NCBI GenBank assembly: GCA_037441385.1
Contig: JBBISH010000004.1
Location: 86,659-150,658, forward strand
Direction: 5' to 3'
Length of the DNA stretch: 64,000 nt
From: Myxococcales bacterium
GTDB lineage: Bacteria; Myxococcota_A; UBA9042
Below are positions 18,053 to 27,782 of the stretch, in pieces. The notes below the pieces were generated by a model. That model searched no databases. It saw nothing but the letters and a program-made list of their open reading frames with translations, and was not told the DNA's origin. The position numbers were made by a program, and so were the translations under genes. How positions within the stretch are numbered: the stretch's first letter is position 1; each line of letters begins with the position of its first letter.

Positions 18053-19698
18053 TCAAGCCCGCGATCGCGCCCGGAATGCTCGCCGAACTGACGGCCGCCG
18101 TGCCGCCGCGCCTGCTCAAGCGCTTGGATGCGGCGCCCACGCTGGCCGAGGCATGGGCGTGGACGGCCGGCGACGGGCAGGTGGTGGTGGCCACCGACGC
18201 TGGCGAGACCGTGACCATTGCTGTGGCGGACCGGCACGCCAATGCGCTGAGGTGCAGCTGTCTGTTGTCGCCCAGGTGCCTGCATGTCGTGGCCGTTGCG
18301 GCGGTATTGCCGGTCGCCTCGGTAGAGGCAGAGCCGGCCGCTACCGCTGCCACAGACTCCGACCCAGCGACTGCACTTCTCGCCACCGTCCTTGCCGATG
18401 GGCAACTGCAGGCTGTCCGGATCGCGCGACGGTCGGCCGAACGCCTCTTGGCCACAGGCGCCGCAGCAGCTGGGGCCACCGGCAGGGCCGAACTGCTCCG
18501 CGCCGCCCACGCCGCCAAGGCCGAGGGGCTGTACCGTCTTGCTGCCGCTGCAGTGGCCGTGGCAGGGCAAGTGCACGCGCTGCAGACCGGCGCCGCAACC
18601 TTTGGCTTGACCGAGTTGTGCGCGGCGTTGGCCGAACTGGCCGCGGTGGTCGTGCAGTTGGAGCGGCCTGCGGTCGACCCGCTGTGGCTGGGGGTGGCGC
18701 GCCGCGAGTACCGCGAAGTCGGCCACCTGACCCTGACTGGGCTGCTGAGCGAGCCGGTGGTCGAGCGCGGCCAGTCCGGCGTGGTCACTTGGCTGTGCGA
18801 CGACCAAGGGCGCCTGTACCGCCGCGGCGACGTGCAGCCTGGCGACGCCGAGCGGGTGCGGCAAGCCTATCGGCACGGCGCTGGCTTGGGCGACAGCAGC
18901 GCCGAACATCGGCAACTCGGCCGCTCACAGGTGGTTCTGCAGTCGGCCACGGCGTCTGAGGACGGCCGGCTGGGCGCAGGGCAAGCGGTGCGCGCCGTGG
19001 TGAGCGGTTCCCGGACCTGGAGTGCCCCCGGGCCGCAGCGCCGTTTCGATCAGGATCTGAACGAGCAAGTCCACAAGGCTGCCGCGAGCGACGACGCTGG
19101 CGAACGCCTGTTGTTCTTTGCGGCCCAAGTGTTGGGAGTGGCTGGGCAGGCGCTGGTGCTGCAGGCCAGCGGCGGTCAGCAGCCGTTGGTGCTGGCTTTT
19201 GGGCAACCTGGAAACAAGATGGCGCGCGAGGGCTTGCGGGCCTTGGGCTGTGCAGACGGGCTGCAACTGCGGGCCGTGGGTCGCTTGCGGCGCGGGCCAG
19301 GTCTGGCGATCGACCTCCTGGCGGTGGAATTGGGCGAGCGCCTCCCGGCCGTCTGGATGGGCACGGCCAACGTGGGGCTGGACAAGCTGACCCCTGAACG
19401 GCTGAAGACCGAGCGCGCGGCGCCGCTGGCGGTGGCGCTGCCCGAGGAGCCGGCCGATCCGTTCGCTGGCGCGCGTCGGCGCTTGGGCCAAGTGATTTTG
19501 GGCGGTTGGTCCGTGCTCACCCCGGGCGTGCTGACGGCCCTGCGCACCGAGGCGGGCGAGTTGGAGGCGACGATGGCCCGACATTCGGCGGCGCTGCTGC
19601 GCGCGGCGGCCGGGTTGCCGGCAGACCAGCGCCTGGCGTGGTTTGGTCGGACTTGGCTTGCCACGGGCGCAGCGGCCCCGCCTACCTATCCCTCCTGA
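18049..19698 (+). CDS. SWIM zinc-finger protein, YehQ-like
   Basis: CSCLLSPRCLH SWIM motif; GVARREY and EDGRLGAG; ATGA overlap with the upstream gene. Confidence 0.85.
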   Translation: MIKPAIAPGMLAELTAAVPPRLLKRLDAAPTLAEAWAWTAGDGQVVVATDAGETVTIAVADRHANALRCSCLLSPRCLHVVAVAAVLPVASVEAEPAATAATDSDPATALLATVLADGQLQAVRIARRSAERLLATGAAAAGATGRAELLRAAHAAKAEGLYRLAAAAVAVAGQVHALQTGAATFGLTELCAALAELAAVVVQLERPAVDPLWLGVARREYREVGHLTLTGLLSEPVVERGQSGVVTWLCDDQGRLYRRGDVQPGDAERVRQAYRHGAGLGDSSAEHRQLGRSQVVLQSATASEDGRLGAGQAVRAVVSGSRTWSAPGPQRRFDQDLNEQVHKAAASDDAGERLLFFAAQVLGVAGQALVLQASGGQQPLVLAFGQPGNKMAREGLRALGCADGLQLRAVGRLRRGPGLAIDLLAVELGERLPAVWMGTANVGLDKLTPERLKTERAAPLAVALPEEPADPFAGARRRLGQVILGGWSVLTPGVLTALRTEAGELEATMARHSAALLRAAAGLPADQRLAWFGRTWLATGAAAPPTYPS

Positions 19699-19701
19699 TT
19701 C

Positions 19702-19829
19702 ATACCCACCCCACCTGATTCGCGCCTGTACGGCTTCTCTGACCCGTTCTGCAACTGGCGAGAATCAGGCGGGGGCCCCGGTTCGGGCCCGAAGAATTGC
19801 CCGAGTTTTCGATCCGATTCGGACGGAAC
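19702..19829 (+). repeat. ~128-bp two-hairpin intergenic repeat, copy 1
   Basis: CCCCACCTGATTCGCGCC...GGCGAGAATCAGGCGGGG then CCGGTTCGGGCCCGAAGAATTGCCCGAGTTTTCGATCCGATTCGGACGGAAC; begins just after the SWIM gene stop. Confidence 0.95.
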
Positions 19830-19969
19830 CAGTAGTATGCTGCAGCCCTGGTTCAACGCGCCGGGCAGGCGACGCCACACCTCGAGGTCTTGCTCATGCG
19901 ATGGTGCCCTTTGCTTCTGGCGGCCCAGCACTGCGGCAGCCTTTGCCGCGGGCGTGCGGTGGGAGCGCC

Positions 19970-20932
19970 ATGACTCCGCCGTCGCACCTGACGTTTTTTG
20001 TCGAGCTGCCGGCCGACGAGCTGGACGTGCTGCTGAGCGACGCGGTGCTGGGCCAGTTGGCGCGGGCCAGCGCAACGTTGGCCGTGGCGATGTTGGATCT
20101 GCAGCCCCGGCGGGCGGACGCGCTGCGGCGGGCGGCGGCCCACGGTGTCCAGCTGACGGCGTGGCTGGTCCTGGACCCAAGCGACGGCTACTGGCTCACC
20201 GTGGACAACGCGCACCACGCAGCCGCGCGCTGGCAGCAGGTGCGGGCTTGGCTGCTGGCCCAAGGCGTGGCCGTGCAGGCGGTTGGGCTGGATATCGAGC
20301 TGCCCGAGCCCGATGCGGTGGCCCTGACGCGCACCCCGGGCCTGGCCATGCGGCAGCTGTGGCGGCAGCGGCGGCGGCGCGGAGTGGTGGCCCAAGCCGT
20401 GGCCGCGTACCGTGCATTGGTGGCTGAGTTGAAGGACAGTGGGCTGCGGGTCGAAACTTATCAATTCCCATTGGTGATCGAGGAGCGGGCGGCAGCCTCG
20501 ACCTTGCTGCAGCGGGTCCTGGGGATTGCCGACGTCCGCGGCGACCGCGAAGTGCTGATGCTGTACCGCAGCGTCTTGCCGCATCCGTGGGGCCAATGGC
20601 TGATCGACCTGTGGGGTGCCGAGGCCGAGGCCATCGCCGTGGGCATCAGCGGCGGCGGCGTGGCGTCGCTCCAGCCAACGTTCGCCAATCGATTGCTGGA
20701 CCTGCACTCGCTGCGGCTAGAGCTCGCCCGGGCGCGACACTTTGGGCTGCCGCTCTATGTGTTCTCGCTCGAAGGTTGTGTAAACGCAGGCATTCTGGGC
20801 GAATTGCTGGACCAACCGTTGCCGGTCGTGGCGCGGCCGCAAGCGCCGTGGCTGGTGCGCGGGGCGCGGTGGTTGGTGCGGACGTCGCTGCGCGCCGATG
20901 GGCTGTGGGGGCAGTGGGCGCGGCGATCGTAG
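19970..20932 (+). CDS. Hypothetical protein, possible TIM barrel
   Basis: ATG 19970 after GGGAG; alternating beta/alpha pattern (LTFFVE, LTAWLVL, VGLDIE, VETYQFP, VLMLYRS, YVFSLEG). Confidence 0.7.
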   Translation: MTPPSHLTFFVELPADELDVLLSDAVLGQLARASATLAVAMLDLQPRRADALRRAAAHGVQLTAWLVLDPSDGYWLTVDNAHHAAARWQQVRAWLLAQGVAVQAVGLDIELPEPDAVALTRTPGLAMRQLWRQRRRRGVVAQAVAAYRALVAELKDSGLRVETYQFPLVIEERAAASTLLQRVLGIADVRGDREVLMLYRSVLPHPWGQWLIDLWGAEAEAIAVGISGGGVASLQPTFANRLLDLHSLRLELARARHFGLPLYVFSLEGCVNAGILGELLDQPLPVVARPQAPWLVRGARWLVRTSLRADGLWGQWARRS

Positions 20933-21045
20933 GCGCGGATGCCTCGCCACATGGGGGCCGGATCGCCCAAGCGGGCGCTGCAGCATGCCGGCCCGGCCAC
21001 ACCGGGGCGGCGAGCGGAATCCCAAGTCGACTCTTGACTATGCGG

Positions 21046-21174
21046 TTTCCGTCCCAAATCGGCTCGAAAACTTCGGCAATTCTTCGGGCCCGAACCGGGG
21101 TCCCCGCCTGATTCTCGCCGGTTGCAGACCGGGTCAGAGGAACCGTACAGGCGTGAATCAGACGGGGTTCGTAT
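21046..21174 (-). repeat. ~128-bp repeat, copy 2 (inverted)
   Basis: Reverse complement reads ATACGAACCCCGTCTGATTCACGCC...GGCGAGAATCAGGCGGGGACCCCGGTTCGGGCCCGAAG...TTTTCGAGCCGATTTGGGACGGAA. Confidence 0.95.
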
Positions 21175-21272
21175 TATCTCGGTTTTGTGATGCTGCAGCG
21201 ACATCTGGTAAGCTGCCTGTCATGGCGAGCCAGGGGTGCGCGCCCGCCCGTTCTGCCGCGGTGAGTTCAGCC

Positions 21273-24200
21273 ATGCTCCACACCTCCCAACCCGGATCGC
21301 GCCGCCCAGGCCGCCGAGCTGCTTGGTTTGGCCTGTGGCTAGCGATCGTTGGCGCTGCGCCGGGTTGCAGTGGCGGCGAGCCCACCGGAGTGACGACCGT
21401 GGCCGCCGTCGAAGACGCTCCGCAGTCCGCACAGTTCACCAGCGATAGCACGGGTCTGAATGGCACGGGTAAGTCGGATTCGGGGTCGGTGGGCGACAGT
21501 GGCTACCCTGGCACCGGCCTAGGCGACGGTGGCTCTTCTGGCGATTTAGGCAGTATTTCCAAGGATTTCGACGCCACTACGCTGGACTCGGGCGATCCCG
21601 CGCCGTGCGAATTTCCGGCCAGCCCTGGTCTCGGTCAGCCGGGCGCGGCCTGCAGCAAGGCGGGCGATTGCGACAGCGGCTGGTGTGTCAGCGGCGCCAG
21701 CGGCAAGATCTGCACCAAGACTTGCTCGAACTGCTGTCCGGCCGGTTTCGCTTGCGCGGCAACCACCGGCGTCTCTGGCGGCGACAACGTCTATGTGTGC
21801 CTGCCCAAGCAAAACGCCTTGTGTCGCCCGTGCTTGACGGATAGCGAGTGCAGCGCCGCCAGCCCTGGCGCCCTGTGCGTGGCCTACGGCGACGCGGGCC
21901 GATTCTGCGGCGGGGCGTGCAGCAGCGACGCCAACTGCTACGCCGGCCACACCTGCAAACTCGTCGATGGCACCAGTGGCGCAGGCAAGCAATGCGTCAA
22001 AATACAAGGGGAATGCAGCTGCAGCGACGCGGCCATCGCCGCCGGCGCCACCACCACTTGCCAAAGCCAAGGCAGCGCCGGGACCTGCCAAGGCACGCGC
22101 AAGTGCACCGCCAACGGCCTGAGCGCGTGCAGCGCGACCGTCCCCACGGCCGAGAGCTGCAACGGCCTGGACGACGACTGCGACGGCGCGACCGATGAAC
22201 AGGGCGCAACTGGTTGCACCAACTACTGGTTCGACGGCGACGGCGACGGCGCGGGACTGCCCAGCGCGGTCACCCAGTGCGCCTGCTCTATGCCGGCGGG
22301 CGCCACAGGCACCACCAACACAGACTGCAACGACAGCGACCCCAGCGTGCACGTGGGCGCGGCGGAAATCTGCAACGGCAAAGACGACGACTGCGACGGC
22401 ATCGTCGACTCGGGGGTGACGGCCGACCTGGACGGCGACGGCATCGCCGACTGCATCGACCCCGACATCGACGGCGACGGCGTAGACAATGGGGCCGACT
22501 GCTCGCCCACCAGCGCCGCGATCCACCCCGGCGCGGCCGAGGTCTGCAACGGCGTCGACGACGACTGCGACGGCAGCACCGACGCGCCCGGCACCACCGG
22601 CTGCCTTGCCCTCTATGCCGACGCGGACCAAGACGGCTTTGGTTTTGGGCCGGTCCAGTGTCTGTGCCAAGCCAGCGGCACCGTCACGGCCCAGAGCAAC
22701 AAGGATTGCGACGACAGCAACGCCGCGGTCAACCCCGGCGCCACCGAGCAATGCGGCAACGCCAAAGACGACGACTGCAACGGCCAAGTCGACGAAGAGG
22801 GCGCCTCGGGCTGCCTGCTGCTCTACTTTGACCCCGACGGCGACGGCTACGGCAACGACGACAAGGCCTGCTTGTGTGCCAAGCAAGGCGCGTACCAAGC
22901 GCCAAAGGGCGGCGACTGCGCGCCGAACGATCCCTCGATTTCGCCCGGAGCGGCCGAGGTCTGCAACGGCGTCGACGACAACTGCAAAGGCGGCACCGAC
23001 GAGGCCGGGGCCGACGGCTGCACCACCTACTACCTCGACGCGGACGGCGACGGGGTGGGCAAGACCGGCTCGACCGAGTGTTTGTGCGCCCCCGCGGGCA
23101 CCTTCACGGCACTGGTCGCGGGCGACTGCAACGACAGCCTCGCCTCGGTCAAGCCCGGCGCGATCGAGACCTGCGACAGCCTGGACAACGACTGCAATGG
23201 CAAGACTGACGAATCCGGCGCCGCTGGCTGCAAGACGTGGTACGCCGACAAGGACGGCGACAGTTTTGGCGTAACCGGCCAAGGCACCTGCCTTTGCGTC
23301 GCCTATCCGCCCTACTCCACGCAAAAGGGCGGCGACTGCAACGACGGCAACAACCAGGTCAGCCCTCAAGCCCAAGAACTGTGCGACGGCGTGGACAACG
23401 ACTGCGACGGCCAAACCGACGAAGAGGGCGCAACCGGCTGCACCGCCTACCTATTGGACAGTGACGGCGACACCTACGGCCAGACCGGCCAGAGCAAGTG
23501 CCTGTGCAAAGCCGCCGCCCCGTACACAGCGGCCAATGGCGGCGACTGCAACGACAACGCCGCAGGCGTCAACCCCGCAGCCGCCGAAGTGTGCGACACG
23601 CTGGACAACAACTGCGACGGCGTGACCGACGCGGCCAACTCGGCGGGGTGCTCGGCCTTCTACCAAGATGGCGACGGCGACGGCTATGGAACACCCTTTG
23701 CCGCCCCCAAATGCCTGTGCACGCCCAAAGCGCCCTTCACCACCGCCGCGGCGGGCGACTGCAACGATGCCGACAAAGCGGTCTACCCCGGCGCCGCAGA
23801 AGTCTGCGATGGCAAAGACGACAACTGCGACGGCAGCGTGGACCCCGCCGGCAGCGGCGGCTGCACGACCTACTATGCCGACAGCGACGGCGACACCTAC
23901 GGCACCGCCAGCGCCCAGTGTCTATGCCTTGCGGCCGCCCCCTTCACTGCCAGCAAGGCCGGCGACTGCAGCGACCAAAACGCCGCCGTCCACCCCGGCG
24001 CGAGCGAGACCTGCAACGGCCTGGACGACGACTGCAACGGCAAGACCGACGAAAGTGGCGGCACCACCAAGTACTACCAAGACGCGGACGGCGACGGCTA
24101 CGGCACCGGCAGCCCGGTCACGGCGTGCGGCCCTTCCAGCCCCTACACGGCCAGCAAGAACGACGACTGCAACGACAACGACAAGACCGTCTACCCCGGC

Positions 24201-24731
24201 GCGACCGAGGTGCAGTGCAACAACAAGGACGAAGACTGCAGCGGCGCAGACCTGTGCAACGCCTGCCAAACCACGGTGCTCGAAAGTTTTGACAACGGCG
24301 CCAACGGCTGGACGTTGGGGCCGGGCTGGTCGATGCAGGCGTGGGCCGGCAAAGGCGGCGGCGCGGGCATGGCCTACGGCGACGGTGCGGGCAGCTACCC
24401 CGCTTCACTGACGCCGTCGGTCTCGTCCAAGTCCATTACCATCCCCACGGGCACCACCAAGCTGCAGTTCTACTACTTCTACTCCCCAGATCCCAACGAC
24501 AACATCGGAACCTTCGACATCCTGTCCATCACGGTCGATGGCCAAGAAATCGTCCACCGCTACACGACCGACGGCAAGTTCCACGGCTGGGTGCAGTTCA
24601 CGCTCACGGGAATTCCGCAGTCTTGGTGGGGAGCTTCCGTGCCGTTTGTCGTATCGGTGCAGACCAAGGACAGTGCGTACAACAGCGGCCCAGGCATGGC
24701 CGTCGACGCCATCACCGCGCTGTGCAACTGA
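21273..24731 (+). CDS. Large Cys/Asp-rich surface lipoprotein with 11 MopE-type putative metal-binding repeats
   Basis: Signal ...WFGLWLAIVGAAPGC; EGF-like Cys-rich N-terminal region; 11 copies of E.C.G.D(D/N)(D/N)C.G..D separated by Y.D.DGDG.G..CLC; C-terminal beta-sandwich. Alternative start at 21222. Confidence 0.88.
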   Translation: MLHTSQPGSRRPGRRAAWFGLWLAIVGAAPGCSGGEPTGVTTVAAVEDAPQSAQFTSDSTGLNGTGKSDSGSVGDSGYPGTGLGDGGSSGDLGSISKDFDATTLDSGDPAPCEFPASPGLGQPGAACSKAGDCDSGWCVSGASGKICTKTCSNCCPAGFACAATTGVSGGDNVYVCLPKQNALCRPCLTDSECSAASPGALCVAYGDAGRFCGGACSSDANCYAGHTCKLVDGTSGAGKQCVKIQGECSCSDAAIAAGATTTCQSQGSAGTCQGTRKCTANGLSACSATVPTAESCNGLDDDCDGATDEQGATGCTNYWFDGDGDGAGLPSAVTQCACSMPAGATGTTNTDCNDSDPSVHVGAAEICNGKDDDCDGIVDSGVTADLDGDGIADCIDPDIDGDGVDNGADCSPTSAAIHPGAAEVCNGVDDDCDGSTDAPGTTGCLALYADADQDGFGFGPVQCLCQASGTVTAQSNKDCDDSNAAVNPGATEQCGNAKDDDCNGQVDEEGASGCLLLYFDPDGDGYGNDDKACLCAKQGAYQAPKGGDCAPNDPSISPGAAEVCNGVDDNCKGGTDEAGADGCTTYYLDADGDGVGKTGSTECLCAPAGTFTALVAGDCNDSLASVKPGAIETCDSLDNDCNGKTDESGAAGCKTWYADKDGDSFGVTGQGTCLCVAYPPYSTQKGGDCNDGNNQVSPQAQELCDGVDNDCDGQTDEEGATGCTAYLLDSDGDTYGQTGQSKCLCKAAAPYTAANGGDCNDNAAGVNPAAAEVCDTLDNNCDGVTDAANSAGCSAFYQDGDGDGYGTPFAAPKCLCTPKAPFTTAAAGDCNDADKAVYPGAAEVCDGKDDNCDGSVDPAGSGGCTTYYADSDGDTYGTASAQCLCLAAAPFTASKAGDCSDQNAAVHPGASETCNGLDDDCNGKTDESGGTTKYYQDADGDGYGTGSPVTACGPSSPYTASKNDDCNDNDKTVYPGATEVQCNNKDEDCSGADLCNACQTTVLESFDNGANGWTLGPGWSMQAWAGKGGGAGMAYGDGAGSYPASLTPSVSSKSITIPTGTTKLQFYYFYSPDPNDNIGTFDILSITVDGQEIVHRYTTDGKFHGWVQFTLTGIPQSWWGASVPFVVSVQTKDSAYNSGPGMAVDAITALCN

Positions 24732-24733
24732 GG

Positions 24734-24857
24734 CGAACCTTGCCGGATCACGCCCGCACGGCTTCCCAGGGCCGCCGTGCAACGCGCGGAAATCAGGCGG
24801 GGACCCCGGCGCGGGCCCATAAAATTCACCGAACTATCGATCGGCTGTGGACGGATC
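24734..24857 (+). repeat. ~128-bp repeat, copy 3 (degenerate)
   Basis: CGAACC..GGATCACGCC...AATCAGGCGGGGACCCCGGCGCGGGCCC...TCGATCGGCTGTGGACGGA; begins 2 nt after stop 24731. Confidence 0.85.
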
Positions 24858-24974
24858 CGGCATGGCTTTGGCGCGTAGCCGAGAGCGGCGAGCCAAACCG
24901 CGACTGCGCTGGCGGTGGACCGCGGGCGCGGTAGAATCGCGGCGGCGCGGATCGCCCCCAGGCTGCAGACCCAG

Positions 24975-27104
24975 ATGGTTCGTAGGATTTTCAATGCATT
25001 GCGCGAGCCAGGCCGCCACGGACTGACCCTGTGGGCGGCGTGGGGGGCCCTGGCGGCCGTGCATCTGGCCGTGTTGGCGGTGCTGCGGGCGTTCTGGCTG
25101 TTCCGGCCCGACCCGTTCGGCCATCCGCTGGTCGGCAAGGTCGATTGGTACCTGTTCCACAGCATCGCCTACGACTCGGCGGCGACGGTGGCAGGGCTGT
25201 TGTACTTGATTCCGGTCGCGTTCTTGCTGGGTTGGCTGCCCGAGCTGTGGCGCAAGCGGCTGAGCGCGCTGGTGGCGGCGGTGGTTGCGCTGGCGACGGC
25301 GGGCTTGCTGGCCTTGGGCCAGGTCGACTTTGAGGTCATGCGTTTTGTGGGCACCCACCTGCAGCCGACCCTGGTGCAGACCTACGGCAACCCCTTGCTG
25401 CTGCGCGAACTGCCCAGACTGCTGCAGCACGACGCCGGTGGGCCGTTCTTGGGGGCCGCGCTGCTGTTCGTCGCGCCGCTGGCGCAGTGGGCCTGGCAGT
25501 GGTACTGGTGGCGGCGGCGCCACGTGCATGTGCGCGCCGTGGCTGTGTTCCTGGGCGTGGCGGCGGCCGGCAAAGTCTTCACCTGGCTGTGGGCCGGCTC
25601 GACGTGGAAGGTGTCGGCGGTGGCCGCCCTGTTGCCCGGTCTGACCGGCGCTGGGCCCCACGCCGACCTCTCCGCCGCGACCCGTCAGGCTGCCGTTGCC
25701 GAGCATGTGGCGCGCTGGCAGGCCGCACACCCAGGTGATCGCAGCGTTTTTCCGTCGGCTGACACGCCGTTGCTGCACCTGACCCCGCACCAGGCCTGCC
25801 TGCGCGATGCTCAGGCGCCAGGTTGCGCGGCCGACGCGGACGGCGACGGTTCGCCCCTGAGCAAGGACTGCGACGACGGCCGGCCCGACGTGCACCCCGG
25901 CGCGAGCGAGGTGCCAGGCGACGGCATCGACCAGGATTGCAGCGGCGTGGACGCAGAGCCGTGGAACTTCTTGGTGTTGGTGCTCGAGTCGCACCGCGGC
26001 ATGTCGGTGGGGCACATCCCCGGCGCCAAGTCGTGGTCGCCGCAACTAGATCTGCTGGCCAAGCAGGGACTGGCTCACGGTCGTGCCCAGGCTGCCGCGC
26101 TGCCGACCATCGGCGCGTTCATGGCGATTCACACCGGTCTGTGGGCGTGTTCGCTGGATCAGGTGGCGACGCAGTTCACGCTGGCGCGCATGCCGTCGCT
26201 GCCGGCCGTGCTGGGTCGCCACGGCTACGACACCCACTTCTTTTCGGCGTTTGACCCTGCCTTTGACAACCAGAACGTGTGGCTGCGGCAGTGGTACGGC
26301 GAGGTGCACTACGATCGGAGCCGCGAGGAGGACGCGCAACTCTTGGAGTACGTGGGCAATTGGCTCAGCGAGCGTCCGGCCAACGGCAAGCCGTTCCTGG
26401 TCACGGTCACCACCCGCACCAACCACTTTGGCTTCGAGCGCGTGGCCGGCGTGCCCAAGACGGGCGACGAGGGCTGGCCCGACCGGATGCGCGACACCAT
26501 GGGCTACTGCGACACCGCGGTGGGCAAGCTGCTGCGGCACCTAGAGAAGCAGCCGTGGTTCGCCCACACGGTGGTGGTGGTCACCGGCGACCACGGCTAC
26601 CCGCTGGGCGAGCATGGCGTGTGGTACCTGCACCAGAGCGTCCACATCGAGTCGACGGCGGTGCCGCTGATCGTCGCCGGCAACCACCCGGCGCTGCAGC
26701 GCTGGCGCGGCGTGGTGCAGATGGAGCCGGCCACGCACGTCGATCTGGCGCCCACCCTGCTCGACCTGGCCGGCATCGATGGCTCGGGCGCGTGGGTGGG
26801 GCGGTCGCTGGTGCGCGACGGCCAGGGCACGGCGATCTCGTACAAGGAATCGCACATGGGCATCGAGCGCGGCCGGCTGCGGGTGCTGGCCGAAGAAGGG
26901 CACACAAGTCAAGACGAATTCTGCAAATTCTACGATCGCGTCGCCGACCCGCGCGAAGAGCACGCCCTGCCCATGTCGACAGCGGCGCGCGCCCTGGCCG
27001 CCGAGGTGCAGCGGACCTCGGACCTCATGCGCGATTTGTACCGCCGCGATCAGCTTCTGCCCAAGGGTTGGGGGCCGGCTGGCGAGCCGAGTCCGGTCCC
27101 GTAG
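24975..27104 (+). CDS. LTA synthase/sulfatase-family membrane protein with an inserted MopE-type motif
   Basis: About 5 N-terminal TMs; LVLESH, Thr in ALPTIGA, TNHF, VTGDHG..GEHG and HVDLAPTLLDL. Confidence 0.85.
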   Translation: MVRRIFNALREPGRHGLTLWAAWGALAAVHLAVLAVLRAFWLFRPDPFGHPLVGKVDWYLFHSIAYDSAATVAGLLYLIPVAFLLGWLPELWRKRLSALVAAVVALATAGLLALGQVDFEVMRFVGTHLQPTLVQTYGNPLLLRELPRLLQHDAGGPFLGAALLFVAPLAQWAWQWYWWRRRHVHVRAVAVFLGVAAAGKVFTWLWAGSTWKVSAVAALLPGLTGAGPHADLSAATRQAAVAEHVARWQAAHPGDRSVFPSADTPLLHLTPHQACLRDAQAPGCAADADGDGSPLSKDCDDGRPDVHPGASEVPGDGIDQDCSGVDAEPWNFLVLVLESHRGMSVGHIPGAKSWSPQLDLLAKQGLAHGRAQAAALPTIGAFMAIHTGLWACSLDQVATQFTLARMPSLPAVLGRHGYDTHFFSAFDPAFDNQNVWLRQWYGEVHYDRSREEDAQLLEYVGNWLSERPANGKPFLVTVTTRTNHFGFERVAGVPKTGDEGWPDRMRDTMGYCDTAVGKLLRHLEKQPWFAHTVVVVTGDHGYPLGEHGVWYLHQSVHIESTAVPLIVAGNHPALQRWRGVVQMEPATHVDLAPTLLDLAGIDGSGAWVGRSLVRDGQGTAISYKESHMGIERGRLRVLAEEGHTSQDEFCKFYDRVADPREEHALPMSTAARALAAEVQRTSDLMRDLYRRDQLLPKGWGPAGEPSPVP

Positions 27105-27107
27105 CCC

Positions 27108-27782
27108 CTACGGCGGTGCAGCGTGGGCAAATCGGCTGTGCGCAAGAAATTCCAGGACCTGCCGCGCCGTCTCGGGGTGCCGCAGAATCCAGGTGTGGTT
27201 GGCAGCAACGGCCACAAAATCAGCCATATCCGGGTGATGCGTCTCGGCGACCGCGACCGTGCCGTCGTGGTCGGCGTCCTCGCCAAAGAGGTCCAGCGGG
27301 TGGGTCAACCAGCTGGTGGGATTGCCCAGCGAAAATCGCTGAGTCCCAGCGATCACGCCAAACGGCTGTGGCGGCGGCGGCACCTCCAGGCGCTCGCCAG
27401 GGCCGATCGCCAACTGCACGCCGGCCGGCCCGTAGATGGCCCGAAACAGAGCGAGATCGACGAACTTCTTGGCCACGCGGCTGCCCGAGTTGGGCGGCGC
27501 GATCAGCACGGCGGACTGCCAGGGCAGGCGGTCGGCCAGCAGCCGCAACAACACGCCGCCGAGCGAATGCGTCACCGCCGCCAACGGCCGATCGGGCAGG
27601 TCGCGGGCGATGCGATCGTGCAGCCAGTCGGCCAAGGCTTGCAGGTCCAGCTGCCGCGATGGGTAGCTGACCGACCATGTGGGGTAACCGGCCTCTTGCA
27701 AACGCAAATCCAGGGATCGCAGCGAGGTCTGCGACCGCAGCAGCCCGTGGATCAGCACCACCGTGGGGCGAGTCGTCGTCAC
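27108..27782 (-). CDS. Alpha/beta hydrolase (lipase/esterase-like)
   Basis: VVLIHGL, THSLGG nucleophile elbow, PPNSGS, HDGTV and NHTWI; GTGA overlap with the acyltransferase stop. Confidence 0.88.
   Translation of the reverse strand: MTTTRPTVVLIHGLLRSQTSLRSLDLRLQEAGYPTWSVSYPSRQLDLQALADWLHDRIARDLPDRPLAAVTHSLGGVLLRLLADRLPWQSAVLIAPPNSGSRVAKKFVDLALFRAIYGPAGVQLAIGPGERLEVPPPPQPFGVIAGTQRFSLGNPTSWLTHPLDLFGEDADHDGTVAVAETHHPDMADFVAVAANHTWILRHPETARQVLEFLAHSRFAHAAPP

Noticed and set aside
20898..21221. Extended N-termini or ORFs containing RIGSKT..LRARTGVPA-type peptides (also at 19643 and 42283)
   Set aside because: These are translations of the intergenic DNA repeat, not a protein family.
21546..23414. 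Long antisense ORFs (also 33980-35692, 39513-41003, 42916-44967, 58905-61223)
   Set aside because: Typical high-GC antisense shadows of well-supported genes.
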